Under the pieces are notes generated by a model. That model did no database searches and was not told where the DNA came from. It saw nothing but the letters and a program-made list of their open reading frames with translations. From NCBI RefSeq assembly GCF_009914755.1, contig NC_060935.1: 64,000 bases of DNA, one strand, 5' to 3'. Position numbers and translations under genes: made by a program. This DNA comes from the human T2T-CHM13v2.0 reference genome, Homo sapiens. This document shows positions 1 to 13,239 of the stretch, piece after piece (position 1 is the first letter of the stretch; each line of letters begins with the position of its first letter).

Positions 1-225
1 TTGATAAATATGGTTGACTCTATATTAATCAAGATAGTAAGGGAGAAAGAAAGGTATAAATATCCCCTATTACTATTTTAAAAAGGAATTAGTCATAATG
101 TAATAAAAATAAATTTATTTTAAACTTATTTTATTGTAATAGCATCTAGTATTTTTAACACATAAGTAATTCGATAGACTATCATTCAGCATTTTTTTTC
201 AACAAACATTTTATTTTTCCAGTAC

Positions 226-944
226 TGTAGGGGTGAAAGTAAAGCATCCCCTTCGCCTTCAGAAAGTTTGCTGAAAACCCATTCCAAAAAGGCAGATTAA
301 TTGGAGAAAAAGGCATACAAATGTATTGGATCATAGTTTATGTGACATGGGAGCCCTCAGAATGAAGACCCAACTCACTCAATGGGGTGCAGAAGCTTAC
401 ATACCATCTGGAGGTTACAGAAAGAATGAGGGCTTGGATCCTGGCAAAACAGTTTACAGGAGAGGGGAGAAGAGGAATTTTGAAAAGGAGCAATAAATTA
501 CTTCTAGGCGGAACTGATGGACTTGAAGAACATAAAATGGTCTAGGACCAAGACTATTGGATCCATAAAGTAGACAATGTTTTGTGACAAAAGTCTGCCT
601 AGGTTTTAGACAGATTTTAATCTTCCTTCCTGTGATGTGGGTTTTGATAATGAAAACTCAAGAAAGGAAATAGAGGAGATTTTTTTCTTCTTTGGTGTGA
701 CCAGACTGTAGACAGATAAGGGAACTTCAGCCTGTGCTTTGGGAGAGGTAGAAGATTGAAAAACAGTGGGGGCAGGGGGTGGGGAGGGCAATTGTTCCTC
801 TCCTTGGTGGGTCTGCCTGGTCTTCATGTAGAGGATAAGTGAAAAGTCTCTTCTAGCATCTGTTGATCTCTAAAGGACTTTAATTTAAAATATTCATTAT
901 ACCAGGGAGCCATATTTTGAAATAGTATTTCCTGTTCTCCTTCA
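226..944 (-). mobile_element. ERV1 solo LTR, MER34-like family
   Basis: Reverse complement starts TGAAGGAGAACAGGAAATACTATTTCAAAATATGG and ends ...CCCCTACA; TG..CA termini; 4-bp TSD gtac/gtat. Confidence 0.75.
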
Positions 945-1184
945 GTATTTACCATGTGCCAGGCACTGATTGATGTCCTGGACCTAATAATAGTGAATAA
1001 AATAGAGAGTCTCTTGTTTTCTTTTCATGGAGATTCCATTGTAGTGGGAGAAAACAGTCAAAAATCAAGTAAAAAACATAGTAAGCAAAATAGAGGAAAG
1101 TATTATGAAGAAAAATAGAGCAGATTAAAAGTATTAAAAATGATAGAGAATTACAATTTTAAAAAAAGATGAACAGGGAAGGGG

Positions 1185-1809
1185 TTTTAGGGTTCTCCAG
1201 AGAGAACCAATGGAATGGATAGGCAGACATAGAGACAGATGTATACGGGTAGAGAGAAAGAGAGAGAGGATTTATTAGGGTAATTTCTTCCAGATAGAGG
1301 ATTTATTAGGGGAACTGGTTCATGAAATTATGGAGTCTGAGAAGTCCCAGGGCAGGCTATCTGCAAGCTGGAGACCCTGGGATGCCAGTAGCAAGGCTCA
1401 GTCCAAATCTAAACACTTCAGAACCAAGAAAGCCAACGATGTCATTCTCAGTTTGAGGTTGAAGACCTGAGAACGGGGTGATGGTGGGGTGGGGAGGTGG
1501 AATGGTATAAGTCTTGGAGTCCCAAGGTCAAAGAATCTGATGTCCAAGGACAGGAGGAGAAGAATGTCTTCCAAGTTCAGCAGAGAGATTGAGAGAGAGA
1601 GGCCAATTCCTCTTGCGTCTCTTTTTGTTCTATCAGGCGCCCAGCAGATTGGATCACACTAAGGATGGATCTTCCCTGCTCAGTCCACTCAGACTCACTT
1701 GCTAATCTTCTCTGGAAACACCCTCACAAACATACCCCAAAATGATATCTTGCCAGTTCTCAAGCTATTTTTTTATTCCATTCAAGATGACACCTAAAAT
1801 TAACAATCA
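1185..1809 (-). mobile_element. ERVL solo LTR, MLT2B-like
   Basis: ttagggttctccagagagaacc, ctggaaacaccctcacaaacatacc and caagatgacacctaaaattaac match remembered MLT2 motifs in antisense. Confidence 0.85.
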
Positions 1810-3309
1810 AAGAAGTCCAATCTGGAGAGGTCAGATTTGAGCATAGATCTGAGTAAAATGAAACGTGAGCAATGTGAATGTCTGGGGAGGATGCTCTTAA
1901 GCAGAGAAAAACCATTTGGAGTATGCTTAGGTGTTTGAAGACTACTAAATGGGCCATTCTGATGGTGTAGTTAGTGAAAGGAAAATTGTCAGAGGGGAGG
2001 TCAGAGCCAAGAGGTAGTGGTGGTAAAACATGGAGTGGAAGGAAAACTTACAGGTTAGGCTACAAAAGTACTTTGGATTTTTTCCTGAATGTGTCTGGAG
2101 GTTTGATATTATCATACTCATGTTAACTCTCCCTACTGTGGGAAGAATGGATTCTAGGAAATGAGGATGTAAGCAAGGGATCAGTTCAGAGGCTTTTGCA
2201 ATATCCAAAGGAAAATTATTGAATATGTTTTGTAGATAATTTGACTGATTTGCTGTGTGTGTAGATGTGGGGTGGGAGAGAAGTGAAGTACATTAATCAG
2301 AACTGTGAATTTGCTTCCAGGGTAATAGTTTAAGGACCAAAACATTATATAAATAGTTTACCAGAAGTATATTCCTACAGTTTTTATTCCGATACTATTT
2401 TTTTTTCAGGAGAATGTACTCATCTTTGTCTCATATTTTAGGAGTCTAACAAAACTAATGATTCAGCTTTAAAATTTGTGAAATAGTGTAAATAAATCAG
2501 TCCATCACAATTTCTACCCTTTAAATATGAAATATTTTTGCCACAAGGTTTTTCTATTATTGTTAGATAAAAATCAGCACTTTCTTTTATATCTCTATAT
2601 ATGTCTAGTCTTAATATTCCATGCAGAAAGAGGAATCAAATTCATAAATAATACATCTTTACCTCCTAGGTGGAATAAATATAAATATGGTGAGTTGTAT
2701 GCTAATCACAAATGTAATGTAAAGCATTTTAGTTTAAACCTTTTGATGTCATTTAACTGATTACAATGCCAATCATTCATCTAAATATTGAAATTAGTCA
2801 TTTTTGCTAATTTAAAAAGTCTTCCCTAAATTTTTTATTGAACCATTAATCAGTCAAACTCCTAAGGAAAATGAAGACAGTTTTTGTAGTCTAACCAAGA
2901 ATCAAAACAAATTCTGCAACTCAAAATGCTTTGAGGAACAGAAAAGATATTGGGTGGAAAAAGATATCTAGCTTTGAGTACTAATATTCAAAGTTAATAA
3001 CAGTGAATGACTATAATGCAATTAAATGGGTTCGGTGGATTATAAATATATTGATTATAAAAATATTACTATAAAATTGAGTTAACCAGTATTTATTGAG
3101 TACTCACTAGGGTTAAGGTAGTTTTTAAAATTATTAGCTATAAATCATATTAGAGAATAAAACAAAGTTTGGAAATTACTATGTCATCATCAACTTAATT
3201 TGAGCCTACAGTGAAGAGCTGTTAGGTAATAAAGAAGAATGTCTTTAGGGTATATCAAATGGGCTTATAAACCAAAAAGTTCTTGTTCTTCTTTATAAAA
3301 ATAGCCAAT

Positions 3310-3515
3310 ATTTATTTTGTGTTTACCATGCACCAGGTACTGTGCTAAGCACTTTATGGTCAATATCTTTTTCAGTATTTCCAGAAACCCTCTGAGGGCA
3401 GTACTGTTATTGTAAAAGATACAGAAACTGAGGCTCAGAATTGTTAAAATAGTTTGCTTAAAGTCTCATGAAGTAAGCAACAAAGACAGAATATGAGCCC
3501 AGGCATTATGACTCT
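3310..3515 (-). mobile_element. MIR SINE
   Basis: tactgtgctaagcacttt ... gaaactgaggctcaga core. Confidence 0.8.
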
Positions 3516-3679
3516 ACATCCCATTCTCTTGAAAACTGGATATTAGAAATTTGGTAAATATAAGATTAACATCCCCTTTCCTATTATTTGTGCAATATAT
3601 CTTTTTTTCTGTACATAAGCACCATCTTACATAAACTATACATAAGGGCAAAGGTTTGTAAATGTGTATCAAGAAAATT

Positions 3680-4085
3680 ATTATAGATCCTGGCAGAGAA
3701 GTCAGAGAACAGAGAAAGGTAAACAGCATGCAAGGAAAAAGCTATAAAAGAAATAAAGATGAGAGGCAGGGAGAAGCCACCAGGAAAATTTTTAAAGAGA
3801 TACATGACAAGACCCAGTTCAGACAGATTTCTGGCAATGAGCCCTGGGAATAAAAGCAACTAATTTGGAAGTATCAATACCATATAAAGTATTGTGATTT
3901 AGTATAAACACAACAGTAGTGCTCAGCATACTATCCACAGCAAAAGACATTTATCTTCACTCTTTGCAAGTCTTGAAAGAGTAACAAATTTCTGAAAGGG
4001 AACAAAAGAGAGTGGGGTCTTGTAGAGAAACTCATGTTTATAAGGACCTAGACAAGAGATGCATCAGGATTAAGAAATAAAACTG
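3680..4085 (+). mobile_element. Possible ancient CR1/L3 LINE ORF2 relic
   Basis: Peptide fragments FRQISGNEPWE, SAQHTIHSKR and YKDLDKRCIRIKK occur in the same order as CR1 ORF2 motifs (FR.L.G..PWE; AQ..IP..K; Y...R.CR..IRKAK). Confidence 0.4.
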
Positions 4086-4167
4086 TGTACCAATAAATTG
4101 CTCATGTGAATAGGTATATAAACCAAGGTTCTTCACATGTAAATAAAATAGTTCTTATGCTTTAAGC

Positions 4168-4343
4168 CAATGGTTCTCAAACTTTAGTATGCATAAAATT
4201 AATCTGGATGGCTTGTTGAAATACAGACGTCTGAGTCTCATCCTCATAATTTCTGATTCTGTAGATCTGGGGCGAGGCCTGGAAATTTGCATTTCTAACA
4301 GGTGATTGCCAATGCTATTGGTCTGGGACACCATCTCTTGAAA
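4168..4343 (+). mobile_element. MER5A hAT-Charlie MITE
   Basis: tggttctcaaactttagtatgcat ... ttctgattctgtagatctgggg ... atttgcatttctaacaggtg. Confidence 0.85.
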
Positions 4344-4442
4344 TAGGTAAGGATGATGTTGCTAAGAATTGAAGATGTTATAGAAAATAAAGTGGGAGAT
4401 ATTTTACTCCATTCATCTAGTTTATACAGGCATTCTTTCCAG

Positions 4443-6610
4443 TTTTTTTCAACTTTTATTTTAGATTCAAGGGGTACATGAACAGGTTTATTAACTGGGT
4501 ATATTGCATGAAGCTGAGGTTTGTGGTATGATTGATTCTGTCACCCAGGTACTGAATATAATACCCAGTAGCTTTTCAACCTTGGACCTCTCCCTACTTC
4601 CCTCTAGTAATCCTCAGTGTCTATTTTCATCTTTATGTCCATGTGTACTCATCGTTCAGTTGCCACTTATAAGTGAAAACATGCAGAATTTGGTTTCCTG
4701 GTACTTCGTTAATTCACTTAGTATAATGACCTTCAGCTCCACCTTGCCACAAAGCACATGATTTCATTCTTTTTTATGGCTGTGTAGTAGTCCATGTTAT
4801 ATATGTACGACATTTTCCTTATCCAGTTCACCGTTGATGGGCACATAGGTTGATTCCATGACTTCGCTATTGTAAATAGTGCTGTGATGAACATGTGAGT
4901 GTATGTGTCTTTCTGGTAAAACAGTTTATTTTCTTTTGGATATATACCCAGTAATAGCAATGCTGGGTCAAATGGAAGTTTGGCTAGTGGTCTATCAATT
5001 TTGCTTATCCTTTCAAATAACCAACTTTTGGTTTTACTGATTATTTGGATGCATTTTTGGGTCTCAATATTTCCTTCTTTTCTGCCGTGATTTTAGTTAT
5101 TTCTTTTCTTCTCCTAGAGTTGGGTTTAATTATTGTTTTTTTAGTTTTTCTAGGTGTGATGTTAGGTCATTAATTTAAGAGCTTTCTATTTTTTGAGGTA
5201 GATATGCAGCACTATAAACCTTCCTCTTAACATTGATTTTTCTGCATCCCAGAAATTTTTGTATGTGTGTATCTATTTTCATTTATTTCAAATAATTTTT
5301 TGATTTCTGCCTTAATTTTGTTGTTTACCCAAAATTCATTCAGGAGCAAGTTGTTTGTTTTCCATGCAATTGTGTGGTTTTAAAAGATCTTCTTGGTATT
5401 GGTTTACAGTTGTATTCCACTGTGACCCAAGAGTATGGTTGGGATGATTTTGAGTTTTTTTTAATTTATCGAGACTTACTTCCTGGGCAGATCTTGGAGT
5501 ATGTTCCACATGCAGATGAAAAGAATTTATATTGTGATGTTGATAGATGGAGTATTCTGTAGATGTCTACTAGGTCCAATTTGTCAAATGTTACGTTTAA
5601 GTCCAGAATTCACTTGTTAATTTTGTACCTTGATAATCTTTGTAATACCGTCAGTTGGTCCCCCTCTACTATTGTGTGGCCATGTGAGGCTTTTTGTAGG
5701 TCTAGAAGTACTTGTTTTATGAATCTGGGTGCTCAGGTTCATATATATTTAGGATAGCTAACTCTTCTTGTTGAATTGAATCCTTTAACATTATGTATTG
5801 TCCTTCTCTGTCTTTTTTTTAAAATCGTTATTGGTTTCAAGTTTGTTTTATCTGATATAAGAATAGTAACTTCTGCTGTTTTATGTTTTCCTTTTGCAAG
5901 GTAGATCTTTCTTGAACCCTTTACTTTCAGCCTATGTATGTCATTACATGTGAGATGGGTCTCTTGAAGACAGAGGAAAAATGGGTCTTGTTTTTGTATA
6001 CAACTTGCCATTGTGAGTCTTTTAAGTGGGTTGTTTAGATCGTTTACCTTCAAGGTTAATATTGACATGTAAGCTTTTAATCTTATTGTGAAGTCATTAG
6101 CTGGTTGCTTTGTAGTTTCTATTCTATGGTTGCTTTATAGGTCCTGTGGGCTATGTATTGAAGTGTGGTTTTGTGGTATAAGGTACCACTCTTTTTTTTC
6201 TATTTTGAGATAGGGTCCCGTTCTGACACCCAGGATGGAGTGCAGTGGCATGATCATAGGTTATTGCAGCCTTGACTTTTCAGGCACAATGGATCTTCCC
6301 ACATTAGCCTCCCAGGTAGCCCAGGTAGCTGGGATTACAGGTGCACACCACCATGCGCAGCTAATTTTTTTTTTTTTTTTTTTTTTTTTTTAGAGATAGG
6401 GTTTTGCCATGCTGCCCGAGCTGGTCTCAAACCTCTGGTCTCAATCTGTCCACTCACGTTGGCCTCCCAAAGTGCTGGGATTATAGGCATGAGCCACAGC
6501 ACCCAGCTGGTATTGCTTTTTCCTTTCTGTGTTTAGGAATCCCTTAAAGATCTCTTATAGGCTAGGCTAGTGATGACACATTCCTTTAGCAGTTGCTTGC
6601 CTGGAAAAGA
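4443..6610 (-). mobile_element. L1 (L1PA15/16-L1PB-like) with a large internal deletion, interrupted by AluJ
   Basis: 3' UTR at 4443-4700; ORF 4733..4960 resembles the ORF2 C-terminus; ORF 5739..6068 (SILTLKVNDLN..CLQETHL..ISDKT) is the L1 endonuclease. Confidence 0.92.
6192..6508 (-). mobile_element. AluJ SINE
   Basis: Diverged dimeric Alu with an expanded poly-T linker and a cccaggtag duplication. Confidence 0.9.
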
Positions 6611-6884
6611 TGATGATAACAATCCTTTGAAAGCAGTTATACGTTCCTGCTTCATGTTCCCCTGGTTTTCATCATAGTTTTTAATGTTATTTTTCTTAAA
6701 AAATAATGTTGTCCCCTTACAGGACAGTTAGTAATATAATTGTATAGCAGGAATAATTTGTATCAGTTATGATGGAGTTTTCATTCCCTGGAAGTGGTTA
6801 AGTTCAAGATGTATAATTATTTTTCTATGTTTTACCTGAAATCCTACCTGGAGTCAAGGAAGCAGAAAGCCAAATGAATCTTAA

Positions 6885-7235
<351 letters not shown>

Positions 7236-7309
7236 TAAACAGACTTTCTTAGGGTAGGAATAATGGCTACTCTGAGTCCTACACTGTCTTTTCTAATATC
7301 CCTTCTGCA

Positions 7310-8465
7310 GATGATCTCTATTGTATCAATTGTCCTTTATGCACCAATTATTCAAAATTTATATCTTTGACTCGAATATCTCCTCTTAGCCCCAAACTCA
7401 TATATCCAATTGCCTACTGAACATCTCCACTTGGCTGGCTTTCTCCCTTTTACGTACCCAAACCTGAACTCATAATCTCAACCTCATTCCTAAACTTATT
7501 CTCCCTCCTTTTTTCCTGTCTCAGTAAACAGAAGCACTATGTGTTCATGTGCTTAAGCCAGAGATTTAACAGTCATCTTTGATACTTTCCTCTTTATCTT
7601 TTACCACATCTAATCAATCAGTAACTGCAGTTGATTCTCTATCCTATACATTGTTCATGTTTATTTCAAGTTGCATAATGGCTCCCAAAGAGGTCCATAT
7701 CCTAATCCCCAGAACCTGTAAGTATGTCACTTTACATGGCAAAGTGTTGCAGATGGATATTATGTGGCTAATCAACTGATATTAAACTAGAAAAACATTT
7801 CTTTCTTTATTCCTATGAACCTAATGTAATCACAAGCACCTTTACAAGCAAAACAGGGAGACAGAATAGGAGAATTTGAGAAAGATACAGCTATAGAAGA
7901 AAGGCACAGAGAGATACAACATTCTTGGCTCAGAAAATAAAAGCTAAGGTATGTGTGTAGCCTCTAGAGGCTTGAATGGGCAAGGAAGCTATAATGACTC
8001 CATGTTCCTTCTTGCCTCAGAGAGACCTTTTATGTGCTACTACATCTATCTGGGATACTTTCCCTCCCCACCCACTCCTATGCCACCCCCCTAAGCCAAC
8101 TTCTACCTGGCTACCAGGGTTGATATAAAATATTACTTGCCCAGAGAAAAACTATCTGAATTTGCATAATACTAGATTGTATCCCCCCTCCCATCATGCA
8201 TTAGTGTTCTGCAATTATACATTATATCACTCGCTACTATTTCAGATCATTAATATTTGTGTAACAATTTGTTTACAGAGTTTGTTTTCTCCAATAGATT
8301 TAAGCACTAGAGAATATGAGGCCAGAATATATATCCACTTTATTTGTTGTGATATCCAAATAACTTGTACACTGTTTGAAATAGAGTAGGTCCACAGGAA
8401 ATATCTACTGAATGAGCACATAATTAAATAAATGAATGGATGGACAAATGAAGGTTAGGTGAATG
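7310..8465 (+). mobile_element. L2 LINE relic interrupted by MLT1
   Basis: tatccaattgcctactgaacatctccacttgg; tgaatg-type tail near 8410-8465. Confidence 0.75.
7670..7990 (+). mobile_element. MaLR LTR fragment, MLT1D/E-like
   Basis: taatggctcccaaagaggtccatatcctaatccccagaacctgt...ttacatggcaaa. Confidence 0.8.
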
Positions 8466-9098
8466 AAATGAGAAAATACATTTATATAGCGTGCGTTATG
8501 CCAGTTTAAGGTATATTTTGAAGTGGCTGTACCCCTTTCAGGTAGCCTTTTTTCTATTCACAGCTAGAAATTTGACAGAAACTTTCAAGCTGGGTTTTCA
8601 AAGTAGATTTGTCTTAATCTTGACCAATGGGCCAGTAAACGCCCCAGTCCATAAGAGTTATTTGCCATTCTATGACCATTTTTCTATGCTTCCATTTTTA
8701 CACTTATACACAGACACTCATCACATCAAAATTCCTTTGAAGACCGAAGAAAGAGATTGCAATCACAGATAAAACTGCAGTTGCTTAGAAGTGTGAGTAA
8801 AGCTATTTTCATCAGTATTTCTAAAGAGTGGCATAAATATATGGCTCTCTGTGCATGAATATTTTTTAATTTTCTTCGGAGCTACAGAAGTTCTTTTGGT
8901 CTCTTTTACATACATTTAAATTGACCAGTATGAAATATTTCCCCAAAAAAATAAATAGCTAAAGTCCAAGATGTTGCATATCACAGAGGATTATCTTAGT
9001 GCCAAAGAAAATACCAGTTGTTCATATTCACACTCTTTTCTCATAATCACATGTGAAAGCTACAATTAGTATGTAAAAACGAGAATCTCATATATATT

Positions 9099-9127
9099 TG
9101 TGTGTGTGTTTGTGTGTGTGTGTGTGT
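9099..9127. repeat. Imperfect (TG)n microsatellite
   Basis: Direct reading. Confidence 0.9.
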
Positions 9128-9242
9128 TGTATTAATCAGGTTAAAAAAACACCTGACTGGTACAACTAATGGTTGTGCTAATCATTAGTCGTGGTAAAAA
9201 AAATCACCATCACTAGTGGTTTTTTAACCTGATTAGTACAAC
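9126..9242. repeat. Inverted repeat with 27-bp arms and internal motif copies
   Basis: 9126-9152 matches the reverse complement of 9216-9242 at 25/27 positions. Confidence 0.9.
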
Positions 9243-9509
9243 TTTCCAAAATAGGAATATAGACTGGAAATCATACATGGAAAATAAATTCTAATTTTTA
9301 CTGATGATGTTCTATTGGCTTCATAAGTGAAATAAGCAAATAACCTCTGTTCTCAGAAAAAAAGAAGTAATGCATATACACACACCATATTCAAATTAAA
9401 CCCACACTTTCTCATTGATATCCGCATATTCTTTAAGAAAGACAAAGGTAAAACTTAAAATTCAAACACTTCAAAGACACAGTCATTTGAAAGCTTACCT
9501 TTTATGTTT

Positions 9510-11040
9510 CATTCACTTGTTTCCTTCATTCCCTCTCTTATTCATTCATTCATTCAGTACATTTCTTTAAATGGCACCCATGTGCTAGACGCTATGTTAG
9601 GCATTGGAGAGGTACTTGCAAACACAACAGACGTAGTCCCTGTTCTCACGTACCTTAGAATAAAGCTATAACAGAACAGAATTTAATATACTGGTAGTAC
9701 AAAGAATATCGAAAAGAATATTTTCTTAAAGGGAACGATATGTATAAAAGTACTGAAGTGAGAAAGAGGTGGGCATTGTGAGCAAGGGCCAAAGTATCCA
9801 GTGGCAAAAGATGAGACATCACAAGGTTATCAAGCAGGGCTCTGCAGGGCAGGGATGGCTGTGTGAACTACAGTAGTTCTAGAACTGTGCTTGAGTACCC
9901 ACAGGATGCCATGGGTTTGGGCTTACTTATTGTTAGTTTTTACGTTGCTCAGGAGGCATGCTATTCTCCTAGATAAGATTTGGAAGTGGAAGTGTAAGGA
10001 TGAGAGCAGAATAAATAGCCTGGAAGGGCTGAGGAAAGGCTATTGCTTGGAGGGAGGGGAGTTAAAGAGATGGCATGATCCACAGGAAGTACAGTTTTGG
10101 CGGGGGAAAATTGGGCAATTTAAGCAGGATTTTAATGACTTATTGTTGACTGATTTGGAGGTAAGCTATATTCCATCTCCCATAAAAATTTTCAAGGAAA
10201 TACCAATAAACAATGGCTTTTCAGTTAGAATTGTATGCTGTTGATCGGTTGTTATGTAACATTGGTATCAAGATGGTAACGGAGAGCAGGGCTACCTAAG
10301 GGGTCTCCCTGAAATTCAGAGTTAAAATGTTAAGTAACTTTTATTATATCCTCGTGGCAATGGTAAGAAAATTAAGCCTGATCTTATTTACCGTTTAAGA
10401 GGTTTTCCCTGGCTTTTGTGTGGAATGAAATGAGTTGCAGAGAAGCAAGAGTGGGTACAGAATCACTAATTAAAAGGCTATTTTAGTGTTCAGGAGACAG
10501 AGGATAGTGGCATGGACTAGTGAGCTAGTGATGAAGAGCGAAGGAAAGAAGGATTTCAGGTATTTTGGGGAGGTAAATGCAACAAACCTTGATATGGATT
10601 TGATATGGAGTGTGAGGATTTGAGTGACTGGGTAGAAACATATGCTTTTTACTGAGATGGGATATGGGAGGAAGAATGATTCCAGGATGGAATGAGAGGA
10701 GGTTTAATAGTTAAGTTTTCAACATGTTAAGGTTGAGGTATTTGTGAGTTATCCAAATGGCTATGTTTGGGGGGAAACTGACACAAAAAGCCTGGACTTG
10801 ATTCTTGGCAGGTGGTAATGGTCGAAACAAAGCAGGTGAAAGAGATTGCCAACAGAGAGTATAAATGAAAAGGGAACAAAGCCCACTGCCTAAAAATGGA
10901 AATAAAAAAAAGGCTGACCAGAGAGGTAGGCGGGGAGAACAAAAGGCATGTCTGAAAATAAAGCCAAAGGAAAAGAACTTTTCAAGAAACTGGCTCATCA
11001 TAATAATGTGCTTACCAGTGAGGATCTAAAAACCTCGAAT
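9510..11040 (-). mobile_element. L2 LINE relics (fragmented)
   Basis: (ttca)n tail at 9540-9556, then catgtgctagacgctatgttaggcattgg and degenerate L2 body. Confidence 0.65.
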
Positions 11041-11489
11041 TTACATCCCTGCCTTACAGTTGAGGTAGGCTGAAGTTGGGGGAAGGGAGACTTGAACAAA
11101 AATAATTTCAACAAGTCCATGATAAGGGCCATGATAGAAGCATGTACAGAGTATTCTAGGGACCTTAGAGAAGCATTTAATTCAGCTTGGAAGGGCACTG
11201 AGGCAAGGAGAAAGGTAGGGCGGGGGCATCCACACACAGGGACTAGAATGTACACAGGCGCAGTTTAGAGAGACAACAGATTCATTTCCAAGAGGAGGCC
11301 TTGGGAGTAGAAGAACACTGAACGTTTGAGGGCTTTGAGCAAAGGAAAAGCCAAATCATATATAGCCAATTTGGCTTCCTTCAACAATTCTTAGTTGAAC
11401 TCTGGTTGACCTCATTAGACAACTTCTCTCATTAGACTGAGAACTCTTTGAGGGCCAAGGTCAACGCTTATTCAGGTTTCTAATACTTA

Positions 11490-11645
11490 TTTGACCATGA
11501 GTTATTTACCTATCTCCTGGGGCAGTTTCCTCACTTTTAAAAGTAGACACTCAATATAATGATTATGAAAATTAAATAAAGGGTGATAATGGATGTAATG
11601 CATCTCATATAGAGCCTGCCTGGCACATACTAAAAGCACGACATA
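11490..11645 (+). mobile_element. MIR SINE
   Basis: cagtttcctcac...aaaa ... gcctggcacata. Confidence 0.7.
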
Positions 11646-13239
11646 TGGTAGGAGCTGGTAGTGGTAGAAGAGATATTAATGGGGGCAGTAGGAGTAGTAA
11701 CTGTAGTAATAGTTGAGGAAGTAAAGTCAACTGCTCTTGCTTATTTAAATAATGTCTTCTCAAATTTTAGGGGTTTTGAGATATATTTGTCAGTGTTTCT
11801 AGTTTATTTTTACATGGAGATATCATGGATTGGTCCATTATGCACATTGTTGAAATAAGCTTGCTAGTGAGGGCACTACAGCAGTTAGGATGAATCATAT
11901 TTATCTTTTGAGAATATCATGTGACATTATAGTTAATTTTGAGTAACTAAGCAATAAAATCCCCAAGTGTTTCATACGTATTTTTTAGAACTGAAACCAA
12001 ATGGTGCGCTATGTATTATGAATGCACCAAAGGTTCTAATAATCAAGACCACCATTTTGCAAAAAAGGTATTTTCCTTAAATACAATCTATCTGCCTTGA
12101 GAAAGCAAATATTTATGATTACACAGTTTTTGCTTTTCATATATAGCAAAACTAGTGTTTTTGAATTATGATTTGCAAATAAAAAGGCAACTCATATTTT
12201 CCATTTTTAGTATTACTCTATAGGATTATTATAGACTTTATGTATTATAAATTATTCAGGCCTTTATAAAAATAGCAGAACAGTATATTTTAATATTAAT
12301 TTTAATGATATTACAAAATGGACAGCATAAATAAGAGATAGTTGGAAATTCTGTGGTAATTTTCTCAAAAATGACCACATAGATCAAAAGAAATTATATA
12401 CACTGATGTTTATATGCAGTCATTGGCAATGACATTAATGATGAATAGCAACTTACATATGCAGTTAATGGTGAGTTCAACCCATCACCCTTCACACAGG
12501 CTGTCAGCTTTTAGATACTCTGCACAAAAATGTACTGCCACCAACAGATATGAAAAGAATTGCCAACATGAGAGGATTAACTGTTCCATTTAGGATGTCC
12601 AGCTGGCTAATGGGATTCATTTTGGTTTGTTGTCAGATTCAGCCTGGCATATTTAATTTTTGTTCTCTTGAAAGTATAGCTTCTCACTGAGATTCTGCAC
12701 GCATAACACCAATGAAAATGGCGTAGTAAAAAGTTGAAAAATTCAGACTCCCTGTTTATCTCTAGCAACACAGCTACAAAGAAAATATAATTATAGTTTT
12801 GCATTGGGAATGTATTTATAAGGGCTTATTGGACCCCAGATAGATATTTTAACCCTGATGCAATTCACCAAGAACCATATAAAGTTATAAATGTGGCCAT
12901 ATGCCTCTTCTTCACTCATTCCCTCCACACGTATTTATTGAGCTGCTCTCTGTTCTCAGCAACAGTGAGCTTGACCCCCTTTACCATATAATCTGAAAGG
13001 GTCTAGACTATTTGGCCTTTTGTTACTGATATTAGTTCCAATGGGAGGTTACCGAGGGTAAGTAATCAAGATACTTGCTGGTAACTGGAGTTAAAAATTG
13101 AACACTACAATTTGTATCTAATTTCAAAGATGGTTCTCCCTCAAATTCAATTTATAATGTCATTTGATTTTGATTATTTTTTAATGATACCAAAGATGGA
13201 TTTATAGATGGAAGAACCAGGAAAAGCAAAAGCTAGTCC

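Larger units (their letters stand above)
180..2280 (-). mobile_element. L2 LINE relic, 3' portion, split by the MER34-like and MLT2 LTRs
   Basis: L2 tail-like cattca...aacaaacattt at ~180-225 resumes after the LTR as tttaccatgtgccaggcactg (945-1180), then continues as degenerate L2 at 1811-2280. Confidence 0.7.

Noticed and set aside
9891-10244. 117-aa ORF with a hydrophobic N-terminus
   Set aside because: Lies among L2 relics, has a non-ATG start, and shows no recognisable homology or splice context
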